This document shows positions 28,904 to 38,266 of a stretch of DNA of 64,000 bases, piece after piece (position 1 is the first letter of the stretch; the number at the start of each line of letters is the position of its first letter). The notes beneath the pieces were generated by a model. It ran no database searches. It saw nothing but the letters and a program-made list of their open reading frames with translations, and was not told the origin of the DNA. A program made the translations under genes and the position numbers. Location of the stretch: assembly GCA_963702435.1 (NCBI GenBank), contig CAVPCR010000001.1, forward strand, positions 1,088,001-1,152,000, read 5' to 3'. Source of the DNA: Candidatus Eiseniibacteriota bacterium. GTDB taxonomy: Bacteria; Eisenbacteria; RBG-16-71-46; CAVPCR01.

Positions 28904-30268
28904 ATGACCATCGCACAGTCACAAGGAACCGCGTCCATCCTGATCGTCGATGACGAGTTCTCGGTGCGTGACTCGCTCTTCAACTGGTTCCGCAAGGACG
29001 GCTTCCAGGTGGAGACCGCCGAGAACGCGGCCCAGGCTCTCAAGTGCCTGCAGCAGACGAGCTATGACGTCATCCTCCTCGACATCAAGATGCCGGGAAT
29101 CGACGGCATGGAGCTGCTCGGGCGGATCATCGAGATCGATCCCGCCATGATCGTGATCATGATCACGGCCTATGCATCGGTCGACACGGCGGTGCAGGCG
29201 CTCAAGCAAGGGGCCTTCGACTACGTGACCAAGCCGATCGATCCCGATGAACTCGGACACCTGATCCGCAACGGCATCGAGAAGCGGAGGCTCAAGAGCG
29301 AGAACGTGCAGCTCCGCGAGAAGATCGAGGAGCTGTCGCGCGCCGATGAGATCGTGGGCGAGAGCCCGCAGATGCAGAAGGTGCTCGAGCTGGTGAGGAC
29401 GGTGGCGCAGAGCGATGCCACCGTCCTGATCCGCGGCGAGAGCGGCACCGGCAAGGAGCTCATCGCCCGCGCCATCCACGCCAACAGCTCGCGGCGCTAT
29501 TTCCCGATCGTGCCCGTCAACTGCGGCGCGCTGCCGGAGACGCTTCTCGAGAGCGAGCTCTTCGGACACGAGAAGGGGGCGTTCACCGGCGCCCAGTACC
29601 GGCGAAAAGGGCGGATCGAGATGTCGGACGGCGGCACGCTCTTCCTCGACGAGATCGGCACCATCTCGATGAAGACGCAGGTCGATCTCCTGCGCGTGCT
29701 CGAGACCAAGGAGTTCACGCGAGTCGGCGGCTCGAAGCCGATCCGCGCCGACTTCCGGGTGGTGTGCGCCACGAACCAGAACCTCGAGAAGATGGTCGAA
29801 TCCGGCGAGTTCCGTGAGGACCTGTACTACCGGGTCAACGTGTTCAGCATCTACCTGCCGCCGCTCCGCGAGCGGCGGAGCGACATCCCGGTCCTCGCCC
29901 AGCACTTCCTGCACCGCTTCCAGACGCACCCGAGCCGGCCGATCTCGGAGATCAGTCCGGAGGCCATGGACGTCCTCGTGCGCTACGACTGGCCAGGGAA
30001 CGTGCGCGAGCTCGCCAACGCCATCGAGCGCGCAATGGTGATCGGAAAGCCGCCGGCCATCAAGCCGGAGGACCTCCCCTTCCAGCTGGAGCGCGCCACC
30101 GAGACGCCGGGGGGCGATTCGCTCGCCGATCTCGAGAAGGCGCACATCGCGCGCATCCTCGAGCGCACCGACTGGAACATCAGCCGGGCGGCCGACATCC
30201 TCAAGATCGACCGCGCCACCATCTACAACAAGATCAAGCGTTACGGTCTGAAGCGGCAGACCAAGTAG
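28904..30268 (+). CDS. Sigma54-dependent response regulator (NtrC/AtoC family)
   Basis: Receiver (VDDE, LDIKMP, KP), [28 protein letters not shown], Fis-type HTH. Confidence 0.96.
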   Translation: MTIAQSQGTASILIVDDEFSVRDSLFNWFRKDGFQVETAENAAQALKCLQQTSYDVILLDIKMPGIDGMELLGRIIEIDPAMIVIMITAYASVDTAVQALKQGAFDYVTKPIDPDELGHLIRNGIEKRRLKSENVQLREKIEELSRADEIVGESPQMQKVLELVRTVAQSDATVLIRGESGTGKELIARAIHANSSRRYFPIVPVNCGALPETLLESELFGHEKGAFTGAQYRRKGRIEMSDGGTLFLDEIGTISMKTQVDLLRVLETKEFTRVGGSKPIRADFRVVCATNQNLEKMVESGEFREDLYYRVNVFSIYLPPLRERRSDIPVLAQHFLHRFQTHPSRPISEISPEAMDVLVRYDWPGNVRELANAIERAMVIGKPPAIKPEDLPFQLERATETPGGDSLADLEKAHIARILERTDWNISRAADILKIDRATIYNKIKRYGLKRQTK

Positions 30269-30271
30269 CTC

Positions 30272-30886
30272 ATGCAGCGGAGCGTCGAGGCCAAGCCGGC
30301 GACATCATCCGGGGGGGGACACCCGGCCGCGACGGAGGCCGCGGCGCCACCGCGGGTGCTCGATCTCGTGCCCATCTTCGTCGGCGAGGAACGTTCGCTC
30401 CTCGAACCGCTCGCCGGCCGGCTCGAGAGCGTGTTCGGGCTGCCCGTGCGCACGCGCGCCCCGTGGTTCGACCCGGAGACGGTCTTCGACTCGAACCGGA
30501 GCCAGTACAACTCGACGCTCCTCCTCGCCGAGCTGCTGAACGATCCGCAGGCGGCCGCCCCCAAGATCCTCGGGGTGACGAGCGTCGACCTCTTCATCCC
30601 GATCCTCACCTATGTCTTCGGCGAGGCGCAGCTCGACGGCCGGGCGGCGATCGTGTCCACCCATCGCCTGCGCAGCGAGGCCTACGGCCTGCCGCCCGAT
30701 GAGCACGAGCTCGCGGAACGGCTGATCAAGGAAGCAACCCACGAGCTGGGGCACACCTACGGGCTCATCCACTGCCGCGACGCGACCTGCGTCATGCGCG
30801 CGTCAACCTACGTCGAGGACATCGATATCAAGTCGGCGCGCTTCTGCCCCGCCTGCTGGACCGCGATGGCGCCGCGCCTCGTGTGA
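30272..30886 (+). CDS. Archaemetzincin (peptidase M54) family zinc metalloprotease
   Basis: RSQYNS, DLFIPILTYVFGEA, HELGHTYGLIHC, CVM Met-turn, FCPAC. Confidence 0.93.
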   Translation: MQRSVEAKPATSSGGGHPAATEAAAPPRVLDLVPIFVGEERSLLEPLAGRLESVFGLPVRTRAPWFDPETVFDSNRSQYNSTLLLAELLNDPQAAAPKILGVTSVDLFIPILTYVFGEAQLDGRAAIVSTHRLRSEAYGLPPDEHELAERLIKEATHELGHTYGLIHCRDATCVMRASTYVEDIDIKSARFCPACWTAMAPRLV

Positions 30887-30946
30887 GCCCGCCGCGGGGT
30901 GACCCCTTGTGGCGACCGGCCCCGACTCGCTAGACTCCGCGGTCCC

Positions 30947-32416
30947 ATGTCCGATACTCGCCAAGCACCGCCCCGCGCCGTTCTCGCCGGCGTCCAGCTC
31001 CCCGGCGTGGACGACGACGAGTTCGCCGCGTCGCTCGACGAGCTCGCCCAGCTCGCGAAGACGCTCGGCCTCACCGTGGTCGGGCGGGTCGGGCAGAAGC
31101 GGAGCGCGCTCGCTCCCGGCGCCGTGCTCGGCGAGGGCAAGCTCAAGGAGCTGGCGGCGCTCACCGGGGGCGAGGGCGTCATCCCGCGCGGGCCGGCGCA
31201 GCGGCGGAAGGGCGGCCGCAAGGTCGAGGACGAGGCGGCCGGTCCGGCGGCCGAGGCCGACGAAGCGGACGAGGCGGCCGACGAAGCGGACGAGGCGGCC
31301 GACGAGGCGGACGAGGCGGCCGACGAGGATAGCGAGGACGTAACCGCCGCGCCGGACGCGCCGGCGACCGCGGGCGGGAAGACCGCGAGCGCCCACGCCA
31401 CGGTCGTGATCGTCGACCACGATCTGACGCCGACCCAGCTCCGGAACCTCGAGCGCGCGACCGGCGTCGAGGTGCTCGATCGCACGTCGGTGATCCTCGC
31501 CATCTTCCAGCGCCATGCGCACACCCGCGAGGCGCGGCTCCAGGTCGAGATCGCGCGCCTTGCGTACATGGCGCCGCGGCTCCGCGAGGCGGGCGGCGGC
31601 TCCGACCGCCAGGGCGGCGGGATCGGGGCCAAGGGGGCCGGCGAATCCACCGCCCAGCTCGAGCGGCGGAAAGTGCGCGACCGCATCGCCGAGCTCCGCG
31701 CGGAGCTCGTCTCGATCGAGCGCGAGGCGGGGACGCGGCGGCAGCGACGTGCCGGGCACGACACGGTAGCCCTCGTCGGCTACACCAATGCCGGGAAGTC
31801 GTCGCTCATGCGGGGTCTCACCGGGAACGAGGTCTACGTCGCCGACAAGCTCTTCGCCACCCTCGACACGACCGTGCGCGCCATTCATCCGGAGACCAAG
31901 CCGCGCATCCTCGTCTCCGACACGGTCGGCTTCCTGAAGAAGCTCCCGCACGATCTCGTGGCCTCGTTCCGCTCGACGCTCGAGGAGGCGGCCGATGCCG
32001 ATCTCAAGCTGCACGTGGTCGACGCGTCGAACCCCGCGTTCCCGGCGCAGATCGTGGTGACCAGCGAGGTGCTCGCCGAGATCGGCGCCGCCGACGCGCC
32101 CGAGCTTCTCCTGCTCAACAAGATCGATCGGCTGGACGAGGCGCGGCGGGCGGAGCTCGCGGCGGCCTATCCCGACGCCATGCTGCTATCGGCCCGGAGC
32201 CCCGCGGACGTGGCCCGGCTCCGCGAGCGCATCATCCGCTTCTTCGAGCGCGATATGGTCGATACGACGCTCCACGTGCCGTATGCGCAGCAGCGGCTGG
32301 TGGCCGAGATCCATCGCACGTGCCGGGTGATCGAGGAGACGTTCGGGCCCGACGGCACCGAGATCGTCGTGCGCACCCGACCCGCCGTGCTGGCCCGCCT
32401 CCGCGCGGCTCTGTAG
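30947..32416 (+). CDS. hflX: GTPase HflX
   Basis: IFQRHAHTREARLQVE, GYTNAGKSS, DKLFATLD, DTVGF, NKID, SA. Confidence 0.95.
   Translation: MSDTRQAPPRAVLAGVQLPGVDDDEFAASLDELAQLAKTLGLTVVGRVGQKRSALAPGAVLGEGKLKELAALTGGEGVIPRGPAQRRKGGRKVEDEAAGPAAEADEADEAADEADEAADEADEAADEDSEDVTAAPDAPATAGGKTASAHATVVIVDHDLTPTQLRNLERATGVEVLDRTSVILAIFQRHAHTREARLQVEIARLAYMAPRLREAGGGSDRQGGGIGAKGAGESTAQLERRKVRDRIAELRAELVSIEREAGTRRQRRAGHDTVALVGYTNAGKSSLMRGLTGNEVYVADKLFATLDTTVRAIHPETKPRILVSDTVGFLKKLPHDLVASFRSTLEEAADADLKLHVVDASNPAFPAQIVVTSEVLAEIGAADAPELLLLNKIDRLDEARRAELAAAYPDAMLLSARSPADVARLRERIIRFFERDMVDTTLHVPYAQQRLVAEIHRTCRVIEETFGPDGTEIVVRTRPAVLARLRAAL
31256..31327 (+). repeat. In-frame 21-bp tandem repeat (about 3.4 copies) encoding ADEADEA
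   Basis: GCCGACGA(A/G)GCGGACGAGGCG at 31256, 31277 and 31298, plus a partial copy. Confidence 0.9.
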
Positions 32417-32602
32417 CACCTCAGGTCGAGACCGCTCGGCGTCGCGTCCCGGCTGCTTGTCCGCGTCCCGGCCCTTGTCTCGACGCCCCGCGCCCCCTAT
32501 CCTTGGCGGCGCTGGAACGCCGCCCGACCCCATCCCACCGGGCTCTCCGGCGCCCGACATCGCCATCGGCAAGCCCGGAACCCATTTCGACGTGGGGGAT
32601 TC

Positions 32603-35600
32603 ATGGTGCTTCATGCCGCCAGGGACCGTCGCGGGCTGCAAGCGCTTGCCTTCTCGGCGGCGGTCGCGTTCGCCGCGGCTCGTGCCACCAGCGGACTCGG
32701 CGCGACCGTCGCGGCTGCCGAGCAGCGCACGCATCCCGGCGCCAGACCGGGGCGCGTCCATGCGCTCACGCACGCGCACATCATCGTCGAGCCCGGGAAG
32801 ACGATCGCTGACGGCACGATCGTGCTGCGCGACGGGATCATCGTCGCGGTGGGCGGCGCCGGCGAGGCGGCGATCCCGCCTGACGCGCGGGTCTGGGATC
32901 TCGCGGGACGCTGGATCTACCCGGGTCTCATCGAACCGCACTTGCGGCTCCCGGCAGCGACCGACGCGGCAAGAGCGCCCGGCGAAACGACGGCGCCCGC
33001 CGCCCCGCCACCGGCGGCGCGCGGCGCGGCGCGTGGCGCGATCCACTGGAACCCGCTCGTGCATCCGGAGGAGAACATCGCCGAGGAGCTCGCTCTCCCC
33101 GCCGATCTCCTCACCGAGCTGCGCACGGCCGGTTTCACCGCGGCGCTCGCCGTACCGGCGAGCGGCATCTTCCGCGGAACGAGCGCGCTCGTGAACCTCG
33201 CCGACGCGCGACCGAACGAGCAGGTCGTGCAGCCCGACATCGCCGCGCACCTCGCCTTCGAGCGCGCGAGCGAGGAGAGCGGCCTCTATCCGAGCTCGCT
33301 CATGGGCGCGATCGCGCTCCAGAGGCAGACCTTCCTCGACGCCGAGCACGAGCGCGCCGTGACCACCGCCTACCACCGCGACCCGGAGGGCGAGCGGCCG
33401 GAGACCAATCGGGCTCTCGCGAGCCTCGAGCCGGTGCTCGCCGCGACGCGCCCCGTCGGCTTCGAGGCCGAGGACGTGGCCATGCTCTTCCGCGCCGCGC
33501 GACTCGCCCGCGAGTTCAAGCTCACGGGCTGGGTCACGACCGGCGCGGCCGACGAGTACCAGCACCTCCCGGAGGTGAAGGCGGCCGGACTCGGGCTCGT
33601 CACCGCGCTCAACTTCCCCCTGCCGCCCGAGTGGGAGAACGCGGACGAGGCGGTCAACATCGAGCTCGTGCGACTCCGCCACTGGGAGCTCGCGCCGTCC
33701 AACCCGGCGCGCCTCCACGAGGCCGGCATCCGCTTCTCCTTCACGGCGGCGGGACTCAAGAAGCGCAGTGACTGGCGCGATCGCGCCCGCGCCGCGATCG
33801 GCCGCGGCCTGCCGGCCGATGTCGCGCTCGCCGCCCTCACCGTGGAGCCCGCCACGCTTCTCGGGGTGGCAGACCGGCTCGGCTCGATCGCGCGCGGCAA
33901 GATCGCCAACCTGACGATCACCGACGGCGATCTCTTCGCCGCGGACACGAGCATCCTCGAAGTGTGGGTGGACGGCGCCTGCTACGAGCCGGCGCCGAAG
34001 CTCCAGAGCCCGAAGGATATCGCAGGCGAGTGGCGTCTCGCGCTCACCCACGCCGACGGCTCGACGAGCGAGGCCCGTGTTGCGATCCGGGAGGAGCGCG
34101 GCACGCTCGTCGCCGATCTCTTGACGGGCACGCGCCCGGACTCGACGCGGCTCTCTGCGATCGAGCTCCGGCGCGATCGGCTCGAGCTCACGCTCCCCGG
34201 AAGCGTGGTCGGCCGCTCCCACGACTTCGCCGTGAGCGGGGCGATCACCGGCAAGAAGCAGCTCGCCGGGCGCTGGCTGGCCGACACCGTGGTGCCCGGA
34301 TCCGGACCGTCCACGCCGGCCGGCGGGCTCCCGGCGCGCGGAGAGAAGATCGAGACGAAGGAAGGTGCAACGCCGGGCGCCGCACCGGCGCCCGCACCGG
34401 CGCCCACGCCGGCGCCCACGCCGGCGCCACCGATCGCTGCGGAGAGCGAGCCATACCCGCCGCGGCCCGAGCCAGCGCAGCCATCGGTCCTCGTCAGGAA
34501 CGCGACCATCTGGACCTGTGGTCCCGCCGGCACGCTCACCGGCGCCGATCTCCTCATCCGGGATGGGAAGATCGCCGCGGTCGGCGCCGGGCTCTCCGCG
34601 CCAGCCGGCACCACCCTGGTCATCGACGGGACCGGGAAGCACGTGACGCCCGGCATCATCGACGAGCACTCGCACCTGGCGATCGCCGGCGATGTCAACG
34701 AGGGTACGCGCTCCTCGAGCGCCGAGGTCCGCATCGCGGACGTGATCAACGCCGAGTCGATCGACATCTACCGGCAGCTCGCCGGCGGCGTGACCCTCTC
34801 GCACCTGGTCCACGGGAGCGCCAACACGATCGGCGGCCAGGACGCGGTGATCAAGCTCCGCTGGGGTTCGACGGCCGACGCCCTCCTTGCCGCCGGGGCG
34901 ACGGCCGGGATCAAGTTCGCGCTCGGCGAGAACGTGAAGCAGTCGAACTGGGGCGACAAGTACACGACCCGCTACCCGCAGACGCGCATGGGGGTCGAGC
35001 AGTGGGCGCGGGATCGTTTTCTCGCCGCGCGCGACTACATGCGCGAATGGGAGGAATGGAATCGGAAGAAGAAGGGCCCGCCCGCGCGCCGCGACCTCGA
35101 GCTCGAAGCCCTCGCCGAGGTTCTCCGCGGCGAGCGCCGCGTGTACTGCCACGCCTACCGGCAGGACGAGATGCTCATGCTCATGCGTCTGGCCGAGGAG
35201 CTCGGCTTCCGGCTAGCGACGTTCGAGCACGTACTCGAGGGCTACAAGATCGCCAACGAGATGGCGGCGCATGGCGTCGGCAGTTCGTCGTTCAGCGACT
35301 GGTGGGCCTACAAGTTCGAGGTGTACGACGCGATCCCCTACAACGGCGCCATCCTGTGGGACCGCGGGGTGCTCGTCGCCTTCAACTCGGACAGCCCGGA
35401 GGTCGCGCGCCGGCTCAATTCCGAGGCCGCCAAGGCGGTCAAGTACGGCGGCGTGCCGGAGACCGAGGCGCTCAAGTTCGTGACCGCGAACCCGGCCCGG
35501 ATGCTCCGCATGGACGACCGGGTTGGCTCGCTCGAACCGGGCAAGGACGGGGACTTCGCGATCTGGAACGCGCCGCCCCTCTCGAACCTGGCGCGCTGCG

Positions 35601-35815
35601 AGGAAACGTGGATCGAGGGCCGGCGCTTCTTCTCGCGCGAGCGCGACCTCGCGGCGCGGGCGGCGGCCGAGGCGGAGCGCACGGCGCTCCTCGCGCGGGC
35701 GCGCGCGGCGCGCGCCGAGCTCGAGGCGGCGCACAAGGAGACCGGATGGCAGCCGACCTTCGGGACGCTCCACGCGACGGGCACCGCGGATGACGTCGAA
35801 CGCGAGGAGAATTGA
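32603..35815 (+). CDS. Secreted double-domain amidohydrolase family protein
   Basis: Signal-like N-terminus; domain 1 YPGLIEPH..GSIARGKIANL; Pro-rich linker; domain 2 TPGIIDEHSH, KFALGENVK, CHAY, FEHVLEGY, NSD, GSLEPGKDGDF. Confidence 0.9.
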   Translation: MVLHAARDRRGLQALAFSAAVAFAAARATSGLGATVAAAEQRTHPGARPGRVHALTHAHIIVEPGKTIADGTIVLRDGIIVAVGGAGEAAIPPDARVWDLAGRWIYPGLIEPHLRLPAATDAARAPGETTAPAAPPPAARGAARGAIHWNPLVHPEENIAEELALPADLLTELRTAGFTAALAVPASGIFRGTSALVNLADARPNEQVVQPDIAAHLAFERASEESGLYPSSLMGAIALQRQTFLDAEHERAVTTAYHRDPEGERPETNRALASLEPVLAATRPVGFEAEDVAMLFRAARLAREFKLTGWVTTGAADEYQHLPEVKAAGLGLVTALNFPLPPEWENADEAVNIELVRLRHWELAPSNPARLHEAGIRFSFTAAGLKKRSDWRDRARAAIGRGLPADVALAALTVEPATLLGVADRLGSIARGKIANLTITDGDLFAADTSILEVWVDGACYEPAPKLQSPKDIAGEWRLALTHADGSTSEARVAIREERGTLVADLLTGTRPDSTRLSAIELRRDRLELTLPGSVVGRSHDFAVSGAITGKKQLAGRWLADTVVPGSGPSTPAGGLPARGEKIETKEGATPGAAPAPAPAPTPAPTPAPPIAAESEPYPPRPEPAQPSVLVRNATIWTCGPAGTLTGADLLIRDGKIAAVGAGLSAPAGTTLVIDGTGKHVTPGIIDEHSHLAIAGDVNEGTRSSSAEVRIADVINAESIDIYRQLAGGVTLSHLVHGSANTIGGQDAVIKLRWGSTADALLAAGATAGIKFALGENVKQSNWGDKYTTRYPQTRMGVEQWARDRFLAARDYMREWEEWNRKKKGPPARRDLELEALAEVLRGERRVYCHAYRQDEMLMLMRLAEELGFRLATFEHVLEGYKIANEMAAHGVGSSSFSDWWAYKFEVYDAIPYNGAILWDRGVLVAFNSDSPEVARRLNSEAAKAVKYGGVPETEALKFVTANPARMLRMDDRVGSLEPGKDGDFAIWNAPPLSNLARCEETWIEGRRFFSRERDLAARAAAEAERTALLARARAARAELEAAHKETGWQPTFGTLHATGTADDVEREEN

Positions 35816-35816
35816 G

Positions 35817-37154
35817 ATGCGTGCACTTGCCGGCTGCCTCATCCTGACCATGCTCCTTGCCGGTGCGTCCGGGGCGGCCCCCTCCGCGCGCGAGCGACCG
35901 CTCGCGATCACCGGCGCCACGATCCATCGGGTGAGCGTGCCGGATCTCGAGCGCGGCACCGTCCTCGTCGGCACCGACGGGAAGATCGCCGATGTCGGGG
36001 CGGCCGACCGGGTGCCGATCCCCGCCGACGCCGAGCGTGTGGACGCGACCGGGCTCCACGTCTATCCGGGATGGATCAACGCGAACACGGTGCTTGGACT
36101 CGTCGAGATCGGCGCGGTGCGCGCCACGAACGACGTGGCCGAGGTGGGCGCGCTCAACCCCGGCGCGCGCGCCGAGGTGGCGATCAATCCGAGCTCCGAG
36201 CTAATCCCGGTCACTCGCGCGAACGGGGTCCTCGTCGCGCTCACCGCGGGGCGCGGCGGGCTCATCGCCGGCACCTCGGCGCTCATCGCGCTCGACGGCT
36301 GGACCTGGGAGGAGATGACGATCAAGGCCCCGGTCGCCATGCACGTGCAGTGGCCGGGCATGGGCCTCGATCGCCGGCCGGAAGCGACGAAGAAGATCGA
36401 GGAGCAGATCGAGGCGCGAGAGAAGCAGATCCGGGAGCTCACCCTGGCCTTCGCCCAGGCTGCCGCTTACTGGCAGGCGCGGGCGGTCGCGGGAGAGAAG
36501 GGCGTGCCACCCCACGACGAGGACGTGGCGTGGGCCGCGATGCGCCCGGTCGTCGAGCGGAAGATCCCGCTCGTCATCGAGGCGAACGACATCGCGCAGA
36601 TCCATGCGGCGCTCGAATGGACCGAGGCGCAGGACCTCGACATGATCCTCGCCGGCGGCAAGGATGCGTGGCGCGCGGCGAACGAGCTCGCGCGCCGGCG
36701 GATCCCCGTCATCCTGAACGGGGTGAACGACCTCCCCGCCCGCAGCTACGAGCCCTACGACACGCCGTACGCCAACGCGGCCCGGCTCCATGCGAGCGGC
36801 GTGACCGTGCTCTTCTCGACCGGCCCCGGCAGCTTCGGCGCCGCCAACGCGCGGAACCTGCCGTACGAGGCGGCGAAGGCGATCGCCTTCGGCCTGCCGC
36901 GGGACGCGGCGATCCGCGCCCTCACGCTCGACGCCGCGGAGGTCTTCGGCGTGGCCGATCGCCTGGGATCGATCGATCGCGGCAAGGACGCGACGCTGAT
37001 CCTCGTCGACGGCGATCCGCTCGAGGCCACCGGCCAGGTGCGCCGGGCCTGGATCGCAGGGCGCGACGTGGATCTCACGAACCGCCATCGGCGGCTCTAC
37101 GAGAAGTACAGCGCACGGCCGCGGCCGGCACCAGGCGCCCCAGCTGCGCGGTGA
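35817..37154 (+). CDS. Secreted amidohydrolase family protein with degenerate metal motif
   Basis: Signal peptide MRALAGCLILTMLL; YPGWINANT replaces IDxHxH; GSIDRGKDATL..GDPLE. Confidence 0.88.
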   Translation: MRALAGCLILTMLLAGASGAAPSARERPLAITGATIHRVSVPDLERGTVLVGTDGKIADVGAADRVPIPADAERVDATGLHVYPGWINANTVLGLVEIGAVRATNDVAEVGALNPGARAEVAINPSSELIPVTRANGVLVALTAGRGGLIAGTSALIALDGWTWEEMTIKAPVAMHVQWPGMGLDRRPEATKKIEEQIEAREKQIRELTLAFAQAAAYWQARAVAGEKGVPPHDEDVAWAAMRPVVERKIPLVIEANDIAQIHAALEWTEAQDLDMILAGGKDAWRAANELARRRIPVILNGVNDLPARSYEPYDTPYANAARLHASGVTVLFSTGPGSFGAANARNLPYEAAKAIAFGLPRDAAIRALTLDAAEVFGVADRLGSIDRGKDATLILVDGDPLEATGQVRRAWIAGRDVDLTNRHRRLYEKYSARPRPAPGAPAAR

Positions 37155-37245
37155 TCGCCGTGGCTGCCGGGATCGCGGCAATGGGTCGATGAGCGCGCCT
37201 GCATGGCTTGCACTCTGCACTGCCTCATCACATGGCTACGTCGTC

Positions 37246-37549
37246 CCCTCGCAGCAAACGCTGTCGGGTCATGTGAACTCCTCGCCCCGACCGACCCACC
37301 CTCCGCTGCCCTCGCAGCAAACGCTGTCGGGTCTTGTGAACTCCTCGCCCCGCCGACCGACCCGGCCCGCCGCCCTCGCAGCAAACGCTGTCGGGTCATG
37401 TGCTTCGAGACTCCTCGCCCCGCCGACCGACCCGGCCCGCCGCCCTCGCAGCAAACGCTGTCGGGTCTTGTGAACTCTTCGCCCCACCGACCGACCCGGT
37501 CCGCCGCCCTCGCAGCAAACGCTGTCGGGTCATGTGAACTCCTCGCCCC
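37246..37549. repeat. Five tandem copies of a 63-70 bp unit
   Basis: CCCTCGCAGCAAACGCTGTCGGGTC(A/T)TGTG..ACTC(C/T)TCGCCCC starts at 37246, 37309, 37373, 37443 and 37507. Confidence 0.95.
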
Positions 37550-37916
37550 GGCCGCTTCCCCCGGCAGCAAATGCCCTCGCCCCACGAGACCGTCGTGCCC
37601 GCCTGCGTGCCCGGCGTGGTCGCGCCCTTCCCGCCGCGACCACGTCATCTGCTCGCCGGCGTGCACACGCTCGAGGTATTCATTGAGCGAAGGCCCGCGC
37701 ATCAAGGGCAGGAGCTCACTCATCTCCTTTGCATGAAGCATGCCGCCCGCGACGGAGGAGACATCTCCCTTCTGGATGCAGTCCTCGGTGGGCGGGGATC
37801 TCGGGGACGCTCACACACCCGGCCGATGTGCGCACGCCATGGCCGCTCTTGACCACGTCGTTACCGGGGAGGAAGCGCGGCGAGATCCGCAGCAGAAAGA
37901 AGCACGAGCCCGCGTG

Positions 37917-38066
37917 CCGGGGCGTGCGGCGCCCCATTGGCGTGCAGCGCCTCACCACGGCGTGCAGCGCCTCACCACGGCGTGCAGCGCTCACCGGGGC
38001 GTGCAGCGCCTCACCGGGGCGTGCGCTTCCTCACCGGGGCGTGCGGCGCCCCACCGGGGCGTGCGC
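37917..38066. repeat. About eight tandem copies of a ~20-bp unit GGCGTGCAGCGCCTCACC(AC/GG)
   Basis: Units start at 37921, 37939, 37959, 37979, 37998, 38018, 38038 and 38058. Confidence 0.92.
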
Positions 38067-38266
38067 CGCGGCGCGCCGGTCTCTCCGGCCGCACGACGGA
38101 GCCCGGCACAACCGAACTCCCCTCGTGGGGGGCGCCCGGGGAGGTCCACCCGGCCCGGACCCCACGCGGGACCGATCGTGCTACACTTCCCATGCTCCGG
38201 CCCCCGCCGGGGCGCCCCCCGGTCCGGACGACCCCATCCCCGATCAGCCCTGAGAAGAGGATCCTC

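Noticed and set aside
32186..35152. 988-aa minus-strand ORF (likewise 43354-45972 + and 50858-53926 -)
   Set aside because: Shadow frames opposite well-supported genes.
37246..37549. CRISPR array
   Set aside because: The inter-repeat segments are near-identical to each other rather than unique spacers, and there are no cas genes.
37097..37741. ORFs spanning the 64-bp repeats
   Set aside because: Open frames on both strands merely translate the repeat; no RBS or domain support.
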